Assembly (NCBI GenBank): GCA_963770835.1
Contig: CAVYRH010000026.1
Coordinates: forward strand, 448,001-512,000
Length of the DNA stretch: 64,000 bases
Direction: 5' to 3'
Origin: an uncultured Pseudomonadota bacterium
GTDB lineage: Bacteria > Oederibacteriota > Muellerivitia > Muellerivitales > Muellerivitaceae
The position numbers and the translations under genes are program-made. The notes under the pieces are model-generated. The model did no database searches. It saw only the letters and a list, made by a program, of their open reading frames with translations, and was not told where the DNA came from. Positions 39,480 through 49,348 of the stretch are shown here, piece by piece (within the stretch, counting starts at the first letter, position 1; each line of letters opens with the position of its first letter).

Positions 39480-41469
39480 ATGAAACCAATTCGAATCGTC
39501 TTGAACCTAATCATCACCCTGGCCCTGGGCTTGGCCTTGTTCCCTATCCTTTCCGCCGCTTCCTCCCGGCCCCACGGGAAGCCCATGGTGGAACTGCTGC
39601 CGGACACAAGTGACCTCCAGGTGGCCCCCCTGGAGGTTCCCGAAACCCAGGAACCGAAGCTGGGACACAAACAGTTGCTTTCCCTCCTGCGCCAGCACGT
39701 CAAATATGTTTTCGTCCTCTACCAGGAAAACCGTTCCTTTGACTCTTATTTCGGCAGCTTCCCCGGCGTGGAGGGCATCTATTCCCAGCCGGCCAGCCTG
39801 ACCCCCGGCTTTAACCAGTCCGTCCAAAACCCCGACGGCACCCAGCAGCCCATCCAGCCCTTCCTCATCGGGGCCAAGCAATTCGCCTCGGACCTGGACG
39901 ACACCAAGCATTCCCACATCGCCCTGGTCAAAAAGATGGATGTGGTGGATGGGAAACCGAAGATGGACCAGTTCGCCCTGGCGGAGGAATTCAAGAACGG
40001 CAAGAACGGCCTCCCCTCCCTGGCCGACAAGCAGTTCGGGGAGCTGGCCATGGCCCACGTGGACGGCGACACCATCCCCTTCCTCTGGCGCTGGGCCAAC
40101 CGGTTCGTGATTTTCGACCACATTTTCCAACTGATGGTGGGCCCCTCCGGCCCGGGCAATTTGTCCATCATCGCCGCCCAAAGCGGACAGACCCAGGCCG
40201 CGCTCCATCCCAAGGAACTCGAGCAGGATGGCGGGAAAAAGGCCCCGGGGGAGCCGGTCCTCAACAGCACCGACCCCTTCTGGGGCTCGCCCCAGGACAC
40301 GTCCAACCCCAAGATGCCCGTGAACCCCAAGGAATATTCCGGCAAAAACAAGGACAAAGTGAAGGACACCCACTTGAACCAGACCTACGCCACCATCCCC
40401 CTTTCCCTGGCCGGTTCCCAGGCCCAAAGCGAGACCGACGCCGACCCGCAAAAGGACACGGATATGGAGGACCTTCAGGATGACGTGCCTACCTGGATAA
40501 GAAGGGCCAGGCGCCCATCTCCTGGGGCTGGTTCCAGGAGGGTTCGGCCACCCCTTTGCCGGAGACAAAGACGCCACCGACGCCGAGGGCCAGCATTTTT
40601 CCTATGTCACCCACCACAATGGCCCGCAGTATTTCGGCTATATCGTGCATAGCCCGGCCATGGCCGGCGGCCTCCACGACCTGCAGGATTTTTTCAACGC
40701 CGTGAAACAGGGCACCCTGTCGGACCAAGGCGGGGTCTATTACGTGAAGGGTGGGCGGGCAAAACCTCTTCGGCTTGAAGCCGCTCGATCCGGATGGGGC
40801 GGTGCAAAAGCGGTTCCAGGGGGATGACGACCATCCCGGGGATTCGGACTCCCAGATCAGCGAAGCCATGCTGGCCCATGCCATCAACGCCATCGCCCAA
40901 AGCAAGTATTGGGACCAATGCGCCATCGTCATCACCTGGGACGACGAAGGCGGGTATATACGACCATGTCCCGCCGCCCCTGCACTCCTTCACCCCGGAC
41001 AAGGAGCCCCTCACGGACGGCCCCCGGGTGCCCTTCCTTCTCCTGTCACCCTATTCCCGGGCCCACGCGGTGGTCCACGAGAACGGGGACCACGGGTCGG
41101 TCGTCAAATTCGTGGACGAGGTTTTCGGGCTGACGCCCCTGGCCAAACTGCCGGATGAGATTAAAGGGAAGGAAGATCGGCAAGAAAAATTGGGGCCAGG
41201 ACAACTGGGGCCCGGACGACGCGCTCACTCCGGACGTTTCCGACCTGTTGGCCGGCTTCGATCCGGCCCGGTTGAAGGGCGATGCCCCGCCCCTGCCACC
41301 CGATTACGCCATGATCCCTGATGACATCGTGGGCAAACTCCCGCAGGTGAGCGGGTACGGCCTCAAGGACATCGGGATCGTTCCCGTCGACCAGGCCCAA
41401 GGGCTGTCGAATCCCATCCCGGTCGACTTCAACCCGAGGCCCAAGACCAACCCTACCCAAGCCCGGTGA
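39480..41469 (+). pseudogene. Secreted phosphoesterase (acid phosphatase AcpA / phospholipase C family) broken by about five frameshifts
   Basis: VLYQENRSFDSYFG, FDHIF, HHNGPQYFGY, ITWDDEGG, DHVPPP, GPRVP and DHGSVVKF motifs spread across frames between 40480 and 41170. Confidence 0.8.
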
Positions 41470-41628
41470 ATCTAACCGTGGACGATGTTTCTTGCTTTGA
41501 AGCGAGTGGAGTTTTAAAGAAGAATGAGAGAGAGGGGCAAGAGCAGTTAAAGGAGTTTTCGCAACCTTTTGTAAAGACCGGCGGCGTCCAAACGCCGTCC
41601 AGAAACTAATTTGAACCGGAGGAAAGTG

Positions 41629-42666
41629 ATGAAAAGTTTGAGCAAGCTGGTTTTTTTGTTTTTAGCCGTCCTTTGGACGGTTGGAACAGCCGAAGCCCAG
41701 GAAGCGGGGCCGAGCGGCTACAAGATCTTGCAAAAAGTTTCCCTGCCGGGGGACGGCGGATTTGATTTCCTGACCGTGGATAGCGATGCCCGGCGGGTTT
41801 ATATCACCCATAACGACAGCGTCCAGGTGCTCGACGCCGATACCTTGAAATTGGTGGGAACCGTCGAGAAGGTCCCCCATCCCCACGGCGTGGTCTTTTT
41901 GCCCGATTTGGGCAAAGGCTATGCCACCAGCGGCGACCCGGGAAGCGTCGTGGTTTTTGACTTGAAGACGTTCCAACATCTTTCCGAAATCCCCACCGCG
42001 AAGGACTCGGACGTCGTCATTTATGACAAGGGCTCGGGAAAGGTGATGACCTTTAACGGCGACAGCTCAAACTCCACCGTCATCGATCCCGCCACCGACA
42101 AGGCGGTTACCACCGTGGACTTGGGAGGCCAGCCCGAAGTCGCTGTTTCCGACGGCAAAGGCCATATCTTCGATAACTTGGAAAGCAAAAGCGAGATTAT
42201 CAAGATCACTTCTAAAACGATGAAGATCACCAAGCATTGGCCCCTGGCGCCGGGCGAATCCCCTTCGGGCCTTGCCATGGACGTGGAAAACAACCGCCTC
42301 TTCAGCGGCTGCCACAACAAGCTGCTGGTGGTGATGAACGCGAAGAACGGGAAGGTCATCCAGACCCTGCCCATCGGCGACCACGTGGACGGCACCTATT
42401 TCGACCCCGCTTCGGCGACCATCTTCGTTTCCTGCGGCGACGGCACGCTGAACGTGATCCACGAGGATTCGCCGGACAAATACTCGGTGGTGGAAAACGT
42501 CCAGACCGAGGAGGGGGCCAAGACACTGGCTTTCGATTCCAAGACGGGCCATGTTTTCCTGACGACGGCCAAAAGGGAGTCGGCCCCCACGCCGACAAAA
42601 GAGGACCCCAAACCCCACCGCAAGATCGTGCCGGGCAGCTTTGAGGTGTTGGTGGTCGGGAAGTAA
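41629..42666 (+). CDS. YncE/YVTN-like beta-propeller exported protein
   Basis: Signal peptide; GGFDFLTVD, PHGV, PSGLAMD, LPIGDHVDG and GAKTLAFD repeats. Confidence 0.85.
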   Translation: MKSLSKLVFLFLAVLWTVGTAEAQEAGPSGYKILQKVSLPGDGGFDFLTVDSDARRVYITHNDSVQVLDADTLKLVGTVEKVPHPHGVVFLPDLGKGYATSGDPGSVVVFDLKTFQHLSEIPTAKDSDVVIYDKGSGKVMTFNGDSSNSTVIDPATDKAVTTVDLGGQPEVAVSDGKGHIFDNLESKSEIIKITSKTMKITKHWPLAPGESPSGLAMDVENNRLFSGCHNKLLVVMNAKNGKVIQTLPIGDHVDGTYFDPASATIFVSCGDGTLNVIHEDSPDKYSVVENVQTEEGAKTLAFDSKTGHVFLTTAKRESAPTPTKEDPKPHRKIVPGSFEVLVVGK

Positions 42667-42764
42667 GTTTTCATCCAAGGGGCTGCCCCGTCACCGGGGC
42701 GGCTCTTTCTTTTGAGGGTTGAATCTTAGAACCTATAATAAAACCTCAAAACAAAGACGATTTT

Positions 42765-42867
42765 CATCGCCAAGACGCTAAGTCCGCCAAGAAAGAAAAA
42801 ACATTCAGGGTTTAAATGTTTTTGGGTTTTGATTTCTTTTGTTGTTCTTGGCGTTTCGGCGGTTAAA
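42765..42867. repeat. CGCCAAGA-family inverted-repeat element, second copy
   Basis: CGCCAAGACGCTAAGTCCGCCAAG ... CTTGGCGTTTCGGCGG. Confidence 0.6.
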
Positions 42868-42897
42868 TTTTCGAGTTTTTCGGAGGTTACATCACAT

Positions 42898-43647
42898 ATG
42901 AAAGAAAGCGGTTTGAGCAAAGTTCCCGAAGTGACCTTCCTCTTTTGGGTCATCAAGATCGCGGCCACTACCCTGGGTGAAACAGGGGGGGACATGGTCA
43001 CCATGTCCATGAACCTGGGCTACCTGGTGGGAACCGCCATCTTCGCCGTTATTTTCCTGGCGGCGGTCGCCGTCCAGATCAAGGCCAAGGCTTTTCACCC
43101 CTATATTTACTGGTTCACCATCATCGCTACCACGACCGTCGGAACGACCTTGGCCGACTTCTCCGACAGGTCCCTCGGCATCGGCTATGCTGGCGGTTCG
43201 GCGCTTCTTTTTTGCCTGCTCATGGGTTCGCTTTTCACCTGGCATCGAACGCTCGGTACAGTGGCCGTGGATTCGGTCAAGGATCCGAAATCCGAGATGT
43301 TTTATTGGGTGACCATCATGTTCTCGCAGACCTTAGGAACCGCCTTGGGGGATTGGACGGCCGACAGCGAGGGGCTGGGTTACCTGGGGGGGGCCACCTT
43401 GTTCATTATCCTGTTGGCGGTGGTACTCGGCCTTTATTTTTGGACGAAGATATCCAGGACCCTGCTTTTCTGGTCCGCCTTCATCCTCACCCGGCCCCTG
43501 GGAGCGGTCCTGGGCGACTTTTTGGACAAGCCTCTCGATCACGGTGGCCTGAACTTGAGCCGTTACGCCGCCTCCGGGGCCCTCGCCCTTTTCATCCTAG
43601 CCTGCGTCTTTTTCTTCCCGCACCGGGCCGCCCGAAAAAGCCATTAA
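42898..43647 (+). CDS. COG4705 / DUF347 membrane protein
   Basis: SKVPEVT..FW.IKI.ATTLGETGGD, SQTLGTALGD and FILTRPLGA motifs. Confidence 0.85.
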   Translation: MKESGLSKVPEVTFLFWVIKIAATTLGETGGDMVTMSMNLGYLVGTAIFAVIFLAAVAVQIKAKAFHPYIYWFTIIATTTVGTTLADFSDRSLGIGYAGGSALLFCLLMGSLFTWHRTLGTVAVDSVKDPKSEMFYWVTIMFSQTLGTALGDWTADSEGLGYLGGATLFIILLAVVLGLYFWTKISRTLLFWSAFILTRPLGAVLGDFLDKPLDHGGLNLSRYAASGALALFILACVFFFPHRAARKSH

Positions 43648-43708
43648 AGAGAAAGAGTAAGGAATAAATTTTCCCCTTTGACGGGGTTTTAACCGATTGG
43701 AGTCCGGA

Positions 43709-44068
43709 ATGAACCGTATGCGCCGCTTTCACCTGCTCTTGGGCTGTTTCTTTGCTCCGGCCCTACTTTTTTTCACCCTTTCCGGAGCTTTCCAAACACT
43801 CCGTTTGCATAAGGACGTGAAAAACGGCTATCAGGCTCCCGAAATACTGAAGGTCCTGGCGAAAATCCATAAGGATCAAAAATTGCCCGACGCGACCTCC
43901 CCAACCTGGCCCCTTCAAGGGTTTGTCCTCTTGATGTCCGCCGGGTTCATCTTCAGTACCGTTGTAGGGTTGGTGTTGGCTTTTAAATATTTTCGCCCCC
44001 TATGGGTCGTCTGGGCATTGCTGGCGGCGGGAGGGATCGTGCCGGTGGCTTTATTGATGGTTAGATAG
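43709..44068 (+). CDS. Small PepSY-TM-like membrane protein
   Basis: RRFHLLLGCFFAP...SG N-terminus, second His (KIHK), three TM segments. Confidence 0.6.
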   Translation: MNRMRRFHLLLGCFFAPALLFFTLSGAFQTLRLHKDVKNGYQAPEILKVLAKIHKDQKLPDATSPTWPLQGFVLLMSAGFIFSTVVGLVLAFKYFRPLWVVWALLAAGGIVPVALLMVR

Positions 44069-44165
44069 CCCGCACCCTTCGGGTGGAAATATGAGACGTC
44101 CCCATGTTCATTATGAATTTTGAAAAATGAAACATAGGGGTTTGCGGCCTGCTAAAGTAAATGTT

Positions 44166-45050
44166 ATGAACGGCGTCCTCAACATTAACAAACCACCCCA
44201 ATGGACTTCCCACGACGTGGTGGCCAAGGCCCGGGGTCTTCTCAAGGAAAGGCAAATCGGCCACCTGGGCACCCTGGACCCCCTGGCCACGGGCGTCCTT
44301 CCCCTGGCCGTGGGAGCCGCCACCCGCCTGATCGAGTTCGCATCCTATCCCAAGGAATACGTGGCGACCTGCCTCTTGGGAAAAACCACCGACAGCTGCG
44401 ATGTCACCGGAAAAGTCCTTTCGGAAAAGCCGGTTAACGGCCTATCCGAAGAAACAATCCGGGTCGAGGTTCTCCATCTCGCGCGCATTACCGAACAAAT
44501 CCCACCCATGGTTTCAGCATTGAAAAAGGACGGGCAAAAGCTTTATGAACTGGCCCGCAAGGGTGTGGAAGTGGAGCGCAAACCCAGGCCGATCCTAATC
44601 GAAAAGGTGGAAGTGATCGGCGTTGAACCGCCCCGCGTGGCTTTCCGTGTGAGCTGTTCAGCGGGTACCTACATTCGGGTACTTTGCCAAACGTTGGGGG
44701 AGAGGTTGGGGGTCGGCGGCTGTATGGAGGCCCTGGAGCGCACCCGGGTTGGCCCTTTTTCCATTGAGGATTCGCTGACCCTGGAGGAAGTGAAAAAAAG
44801 GGTGGAAGAGGGAAATCTTTCCGGTATGTTGCTTGCCGCAAGCCGGTTGGTGGACCACCTGCCCCCGATAAAGCTGGAAGGGAAAAGGTTGACGGATTTG
44901 TGCCTGGGCAAGGCGGTTGAAACGGAAAAAGGTCTCTCCGGCTTGTGCCGAGTTTTAAATGACCATGATTTCGTATCCGCCATTGGGGAAATCCAAGTGG
45001 ATGGACAGCTAAAACCAAAAAAAGTTTTTGGGTTGGAAGGTATTGCTTGA
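44166..45050 (+). CDS. truB: tRNA pseudouridine(55) synthase
   Basis: TSHDVV, GHLGTLDPLATGVL, PPMVSA and CSAGTYIR motifs. Confidence 0.96.
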   Translation: MNGVLNINKPPQWTSHDVVAKARGLLKERQIGHLGTLDPLATGVLPLAVGAATRLIEFASYPKEYVATCLLGKTTDSCDVTGKVLSEKPVNGLSEETIRVEVLHLARITEQIPPMVSALKKDGQKLYELARKGVEVERKPRPILIEKVEVIGVEPPRVAFRVSCSAGTYIRVLCQTLGERLGVGGCMEALERTRVGPFSIEDSLTLEEVKKRVEEGNLSGMLLAASRLVDHLPPIKLEGKRLTDLCLGKAVETEKGLSGLCRVLNDHDFVSAIGEIQVDGQLKPKKVFGLEGIA

Positions 45051-45958
45051 AATCTAAAAAAACCATCGTCCTCACCATCGGCGTATTTGACGGCGTCCAC
45101 TTGGGGCACCAGGCCCTCCTGCGGCGGGCCGTTCTCCTGGCCAAAAAATTGAAAGCCCGGCCCGAAGCTCTTTCCTTCCACGACCACCCCATGCATGTGT
45201 TAAACAGGGGTCCCCGGATTCCTTTCCTCCTTCCCCGGCAAGAAACTTTTAGCCTCTTGAGGCAAAAGGGCGCCGAAAGAGTCCACATCCTTCGGTTTAC
45301 CAAGGCTTTTTCCCAAAAGAGCCCTGAACAATTCGTCCAATGGCTTTGTGGTTTGGGGAACCTTAAAGGAATCGTGGTGGGGGAAAACTTCCGCTTCGGA
45401 CTGGGAGCGAAAGGGGATGTGGCGTTGCTAAAAGCCCTGGGAAAGAAGCAGGAGTTTGAGGTCGCGGTGGTTTCGGCGGTCAAAGTGGGGACGAAGGTCG
45501 TTTCGTCGAGCCAAATCCGCCAATTGCTGGCCGAGGGCAAGACCGAGTTGGCCAACCGGATGCTGGGCCATCCCTATTCTATCGAGGGGGAGGTGGTCCA
45601 TGGGCGGCATGTGGGACACCAGATCGGCTTTCCCACCGCGAACCTCCATGCCGTGAAGCAATTCCTTCCCAAGGACGGCGTTTACGCCTGCGCGGTCAAA
45701 TTGGAAAAAAAGTTCTACCGGGCGGGAATGAACCTGGGGAAGAGACCGACCTTCCGGGAAGACGACCATCACCGCCAAGCCGAGGTCCATCTCCTTCACT
45801 ATTACGGCAAGCTGTATGGGAAAAACATGAAGGTTTACCTCCTGAAATACTTAAGACCGGAGAAAAAATTCTCCTCCACCCAAGCCTTGGTGAAGCAGAT
45901 TCAAAAGGATTTAATTCAGGTTCGCCGGACCGCCCTCCCCGGCCTTAAACAAAGGTGA
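45047..45958 (+). CDS. ribF: Bifunctional riboflavin kinase / FAD synthetase
   Basis: GVFDGVHLGH, VSSSQIR, IGFPTAN and EVH motifs. Confidence 0.95.
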   Translation: MKSKKTIVLTIGVFDGVHLGHQALLRRAVLLAKKLKARPEALSFHDHPMHVLNRGPRIPFLLPRQETFSLLRQKGAERVHILRFTKAFSQKSPEQFVQWLCGLGNLKGIVVGENFRFGLGAKGDVALLKALGKKQEFEVAVVSAVKVGTKVVSSSQIRQLLAEGKTELANRMLGHPYSIEGEVVHGRHVGHQIGFPTANLHAVKQFLPKDGVYACAVKLEKKFYRAGMNLGKRPTFREDDHHRQAEVHLLHYYGKLYGKNMKVYLLKYLRPEKKFSSTQALVKQIQKDLIQVRRTALPGLKQR

Positions 45959-45986
45959 AATGAGGTTTTTCTCCAGGCTTATCTCC

Positions 45987-46227
45987 TTTACACCCCCCGG
46001 TAAAGTCCTTAAAATACCCCTCCCCTGGAAGCTTCAGGGCGCAAGGCGTCGATCCTTCTTCTTGGCCTCCGTCCTCTCTGACGGTGAGCTCGGAAGAAGG
46101 GGAAGCACACCATTTCTTTTTTTGAAATTGGAACCAGGAAATGGGTGCAATCCCACCTTCTTTAATTCCGCTCTTCAAGCGGATAATTGGGATGCCCGGC
46201 AAAAAATTTCACTTGAGGAGTTCAAGG
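45987..46227 (+). promoter_or_regulatory. rpsO promoter and long structured 5' leader
   Basis: TTTACA-N17-TAAAAT (45987-46015), then ~205 nt with four hairpins before the RBS. Confidence 0.5.
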
Positions 46228-46494
46228 ATGATCACGAAGGAAAAGAAGACCCAGCTGATCCAGGACTTTAAGCAGAAAGAGGGAGACACGGGGTCTCCTG
46301 AAGTCCAAATTGCCATCGTCACCGAGCGCATCAAATACCTCACGGACCATTTCAAGACGCATCCCAAGGATCACGCCTCCCGGCGCGGCCTTTTGAAATT
46401 GGTCGGGCAAAGGCGCCGGCTTCTCGATTATTTAAAAAAGAACGACGTCAAGCGTTACGCGTCGCTCTTGGACCGCCTGGGCCTTCGCAAGTAA
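46228..46494 (+). CDS. rpsO: 30S ribosomal protein S15
   Basis: [10 protein letters not shown] and [20 protein letters not shown] motifs; GAGGAG RBS. Confidence 0.98.
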   Translation: MITKEKKTQLIQDFKQKEGDTGSPEVQIAIVTERIKYLTDHFKTHPKDHASRRGLLKLVGQRRRLLDYLKKNDVKRYASLLDRLGLRK

Positions 46495-46517
46495 AGCGGA
46501 AGGCTTTTGAACCGAGT

Positions 46518-46611
46518 TAACCACGGAGGCACGGAGCCACAGAGAAAAGCAATAGTCCGGGACGTTTCCGCCTATTGCTTGTTTTTGTGCCTTTGTGTCT
46601 TTGGGGTGAAT
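46518..46611. repeat. ACCACGGAG/CACAGAG-family inverted-repeat element
   Basis: AACCACGGAGGCACGGAGCCACAGAG ... TTTGTGCCTTTGTGTCTTTGGGGTG (G-U compatible). Confidence 0.55.
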
Positions 46612-46674
46612 TTTGACGAGCTGTTTTTTAGCTGGGCTGATTAGCTTTACCCAAAACACAGAGGAGGATTTTTC

Positions 46675-48783
46675 ATGGAACGTGTTAGCTGCGCTTTCGC
46701 GCATTCGACTTTTTCGATCGAGACGGGCCGCATGGCCAAACAGGCCGACGGGGCGGTGTTGGTGCAGTTCGGCGAGACGGTGGTTTTGGCCGCCGTCGTA
46801 GGAGCCAAGGAACCCATGCCGGGCAAGGATTTCTTCCCCTTGACCGTGGAATACCGCGAGAGGTCGTCCTCCGCGGGCCGCATCCCGGGAGGCTGGTTCA
46901 AACGCGAGGGCCGTCCCCGTACCAAGGAAACCCTGACTTCCCGCCTTATCGACCGGCCCATCCGGCCCCTTTTCCCCGACGGTTTTTTCAACGAAGTCCA
47001 GCTCCACGCCACGGTCATTTCCTCCGATCAAGAGAATGATTCAGACGTTTTGGCCGTTTGCGCGGCCTCCGCGGCCCTGGCTGTCTCCGACATCCCGGTG
47101 GCCGACATGTTCGGCTGCGTGCGCGTTGGACGGATTAACGGCGATTTGGTCGTGAACCCCACCTTCAAGCAGATGGAAACCAGCACCCTGGACCTGATCG
47201 TGGCGGCCAGCCGCAAGGCGGTGGTGATGGTTGAGGGCGGAGCGAAGGAAGAATCCGAAACCGTCATTTTCGAGGCCATCAAGCTGGCCCACAAGGAATG
47301 CCAGAAGATCATCGACCTTCAGGAACAACTGGTGAACAAGGCCGGCAAGGCCAAGCGGACCTTGACCCTCGTCAAGGTTGACGAAGCCCTGGACAAGGAT
47401 GTCCGCACCTTCGCCCTTCCAAAGATGAAGGAAGCCATGGCCGAGAAGGATAAGCTCAAGCGCCAGGACAAGATCGCCGCCGTCGGTAAGGAAGCGGTGG
47501 AAGCCCTGAAAGCCAAGTATCCGGAGAAAGAAAAGGACATCCACGGAATCATGCATTCCATCGAGTCCGACCTGGTCCGGGAAGCCATCCTGGATCGCCA
47601 TGAGCGCCAGGACGGCCGCAAAATGGACGAGTTCCGCCCCATCACCTGCGAGGCGGGCGTGTTGCCCCGCACCCACGGGTCGGCCCTCTTTACCCGCGGC
47701 CAAACGCAGGCCCTGGTGGTCTCCACCTTGGGAACCAAGGACGACCAGCAGATTTTGGAAGAGCTGGAAGGCGAACAGAAAAAGACCTTCATGCTCCATT
47801 ACAACTTCCCACCCTATTCGGTGGGCGAGATCAAACGCCTCTCCGGTCCCGGCCGCCGGGAAATCGGACATGGGTCCCTGGCCGAACGGGCATTGGAGCC
47901 TTTGATCCCAAAACACGATGAATTTCCTTATACCATCCAGGTGACCTCGGACATTCTTGAATCCAATGGTTCGTCCTCCATGGCTTCGGTTTGCGGCGGG
48001 TCCCTATCCCTGATGGACGCGGGAGTTCCTTTGAAGAGCCCCTGCGCGGGAGTGGCTTTGGGCCTGGTTTCCAACGCCGACGTCTCCAAGTACGCCATCC
48101 TGACCGACATCCAAGGTTTGGAAGACCACTTCGGTGACATGGATTTCAAAGTGGCCGGCACCCGCAAGGGCATCACGGCCATCCAGATGGACATCAAGAT
48201 TTTTGGGCTTCCTTTCGAAGTGGTGGAGAAGGGATTGGCACAAGCCAAGCAAGGCCGGTTGACCATCTTGGATATCATGGATAAGACGCTTTCCTCGCCC
48301 AGGGAAAAAATGTCGGTTTACGCCCCCCGCATCGTTACGATCAAGGTGCCGGTGGATAAGATCCGTGAAATCATCGGCAAGGGTGGAGCTACTATCAAGA
48401 AAATCCAGGAAGACTTCCAAGTGGAAGTCAACGTGGAGGATGACGGAACCGTGAATATCGCCTCACCCAACGGGGCCAGCATCGACAAGGCCAAGGCTTT
48501 CATCGACGGCCTGATGGCCGAAGCCGAAGAGGGAAAGATTTATTTCGGCACGGTGAAAAAGCTCATGGATTTCGGCGCGTTCGTGGAAATCCTTCCGGGA
48601 ACCGACGGCTTGGTACATATTTCCCAACTCGACAAAGGTCGTGTGGAACGGGTCGAGGACGTCTTGAAGGAAGGCGACGAGCTTTTGGTCAAGTGTATCG
48701 GGATTGATCCCAAGACCAAAAAGATCAAGCTTTCCCGCAAGGAAGCCCTGGGGTTGAACATCAAGGATTATAAGAAGTTATAA
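46675..48783 (+). CDS. pnp: Polyribonucleotide nucleotidyltransferase
   Basis: DFFPLTV, RLIDRPIRP, HGSALFTRGQTQ, RREIGHG, ESNGSSSMAS and GDMDFKVAG motifs; KH and S1 domains. Confidence 0.98.
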   Translation: MERVSCAFAHSTFSIETGRMAKQADGAVLVQFGETVVLAAVVGAKEPMPGKDFFPLTVEYRERSSSAGRIPGGWFKREGRPRTKETLTSRLIDRPIRPLFPDGFFNEVQLHATVISSDQENDSDVLAVCAASAALAVSDIPVADMFGCVRVGRINGDLVVNPTFKQMETSTLDLIVAASRKAVVMVEGGAKEESETVIFEAIKLAHKECQKIIDLQEQLVNKAGKAKRTLTLVKVDEALDKDVRTFALPKMKEAMAEKDKLKRQDKIAAVGKEAVEALKAKYPEKEKDIHGIMHSIESDLVREAILDRHERQDGRKMDEFRPITCEAGVLPRTHGSALFTRGQTQALVVSTLGTKDDQQILEELEGEQKKTFMLHYNFPPYSVGEIKRLSGPGRREIGHGSLAERALEPLIPKHDEFPYTIQVTSDILESNGSSSMASVCGGSLSLMDAGVPLKSPCAGVALGLVSNADVSKYAILTDIQGLEDHFGDMDFKVAGTRKGITAIQMDIKIFGLPFEVVEKGLAQAKQGRLTILDIMDKTLSSPREKMSVYAPRIVTIKVPVDKIREIIGKGGATIKKIQEDFQVEVNVEDDGTVNIASPNGASIDKAKAFIDGLMAEAEEGKIYFGTVKKLMDFGAFVEILPGTDGLVHISQLDKGRVERVEDVLKEGDELLVKCIGIDPKTKKIKLSRKEALGLNIKDYKKL

Positions 48784-48804
48784 AAAAAGAAGTTTCTGTT
48801 GTTT

Positions 48805-48838
48805 AAGGCCCTGGTTCAAAAGAACCAGGGCCTTTTTT
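48805..48838 (+). terminator. Intrinsic terminator after pnp
   Basis: AAGGCCCTGGTTC-AAAA-GAACCAGGGCCTT plus T run. Confidence 0.8.
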
Positions 48839-48919
48839 ATACCTAAAGGTGTAAAATTTCCTTACGCCCTCTATCGCAAGATTCGTTAAAAGTCCAAGTT
48901 TTCGGGGAGACCCCGTTTC

Positions 48920-49345
48920 ATGAAAGATCCGCCTGTCCAGAAGACCATGTTGAAAAACGTCGATTGGGGCGGCCTGACGATCGTCAATCTTTTAGGCGTG
49001 ATCGCCTTTCCCCCTTATTTCATTTATTTGATGACCTTGGCCGCCTTGACGGCTTCCGGGTTCCTTTGGACAACCCATTTATCCGAAGCCGAGCAGCAGC
49101 GCCTGATGGAATTCGAGAAGGAATTCCGCAAAGGCTATAAGTTGGAAAAAGCCGGGAAGACCAAGGAAGCCCTGGATTGGTACCGAAAGCTACAGCAAAG
49201 CTACGCCAAAAACCCGCATGCCCATCACTTGGTCACCTTCCAAATCAAGCAACTGACTTCCGGCAAGACCCCCGAACCGCCCTCCGCGAAAAAGCCTTCT
49301 TCCAAGAAAATCCGGCGGTCCAAAACCAAGCCGGGGGAGGCCTAA
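48920..49345 (+). CDS. Small membrane protein with a TPR-like helical segment and Lys-rich tail
   Basis: N-terminal hydrophobic hairpin; G..LEKAG...EAL.WY TPR-like helix pair; ends 3 nt before the activator gene. Confidence 0.65.
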   Translation: MKDPPVQKTMLKNVDWGGLTIVNLLGVIAFPPYFIYLMTLAALTASGFLWTTHLSEAEQQRLMEFEKEFRKGYKLEKAGKTKEALDWYRKLQQSYAKNPHAHHLVTFQIKQLTSGKTPEPPSAKKPSSKKIRRSKTKPGEA

Positions 49346-49348
49346 GCC

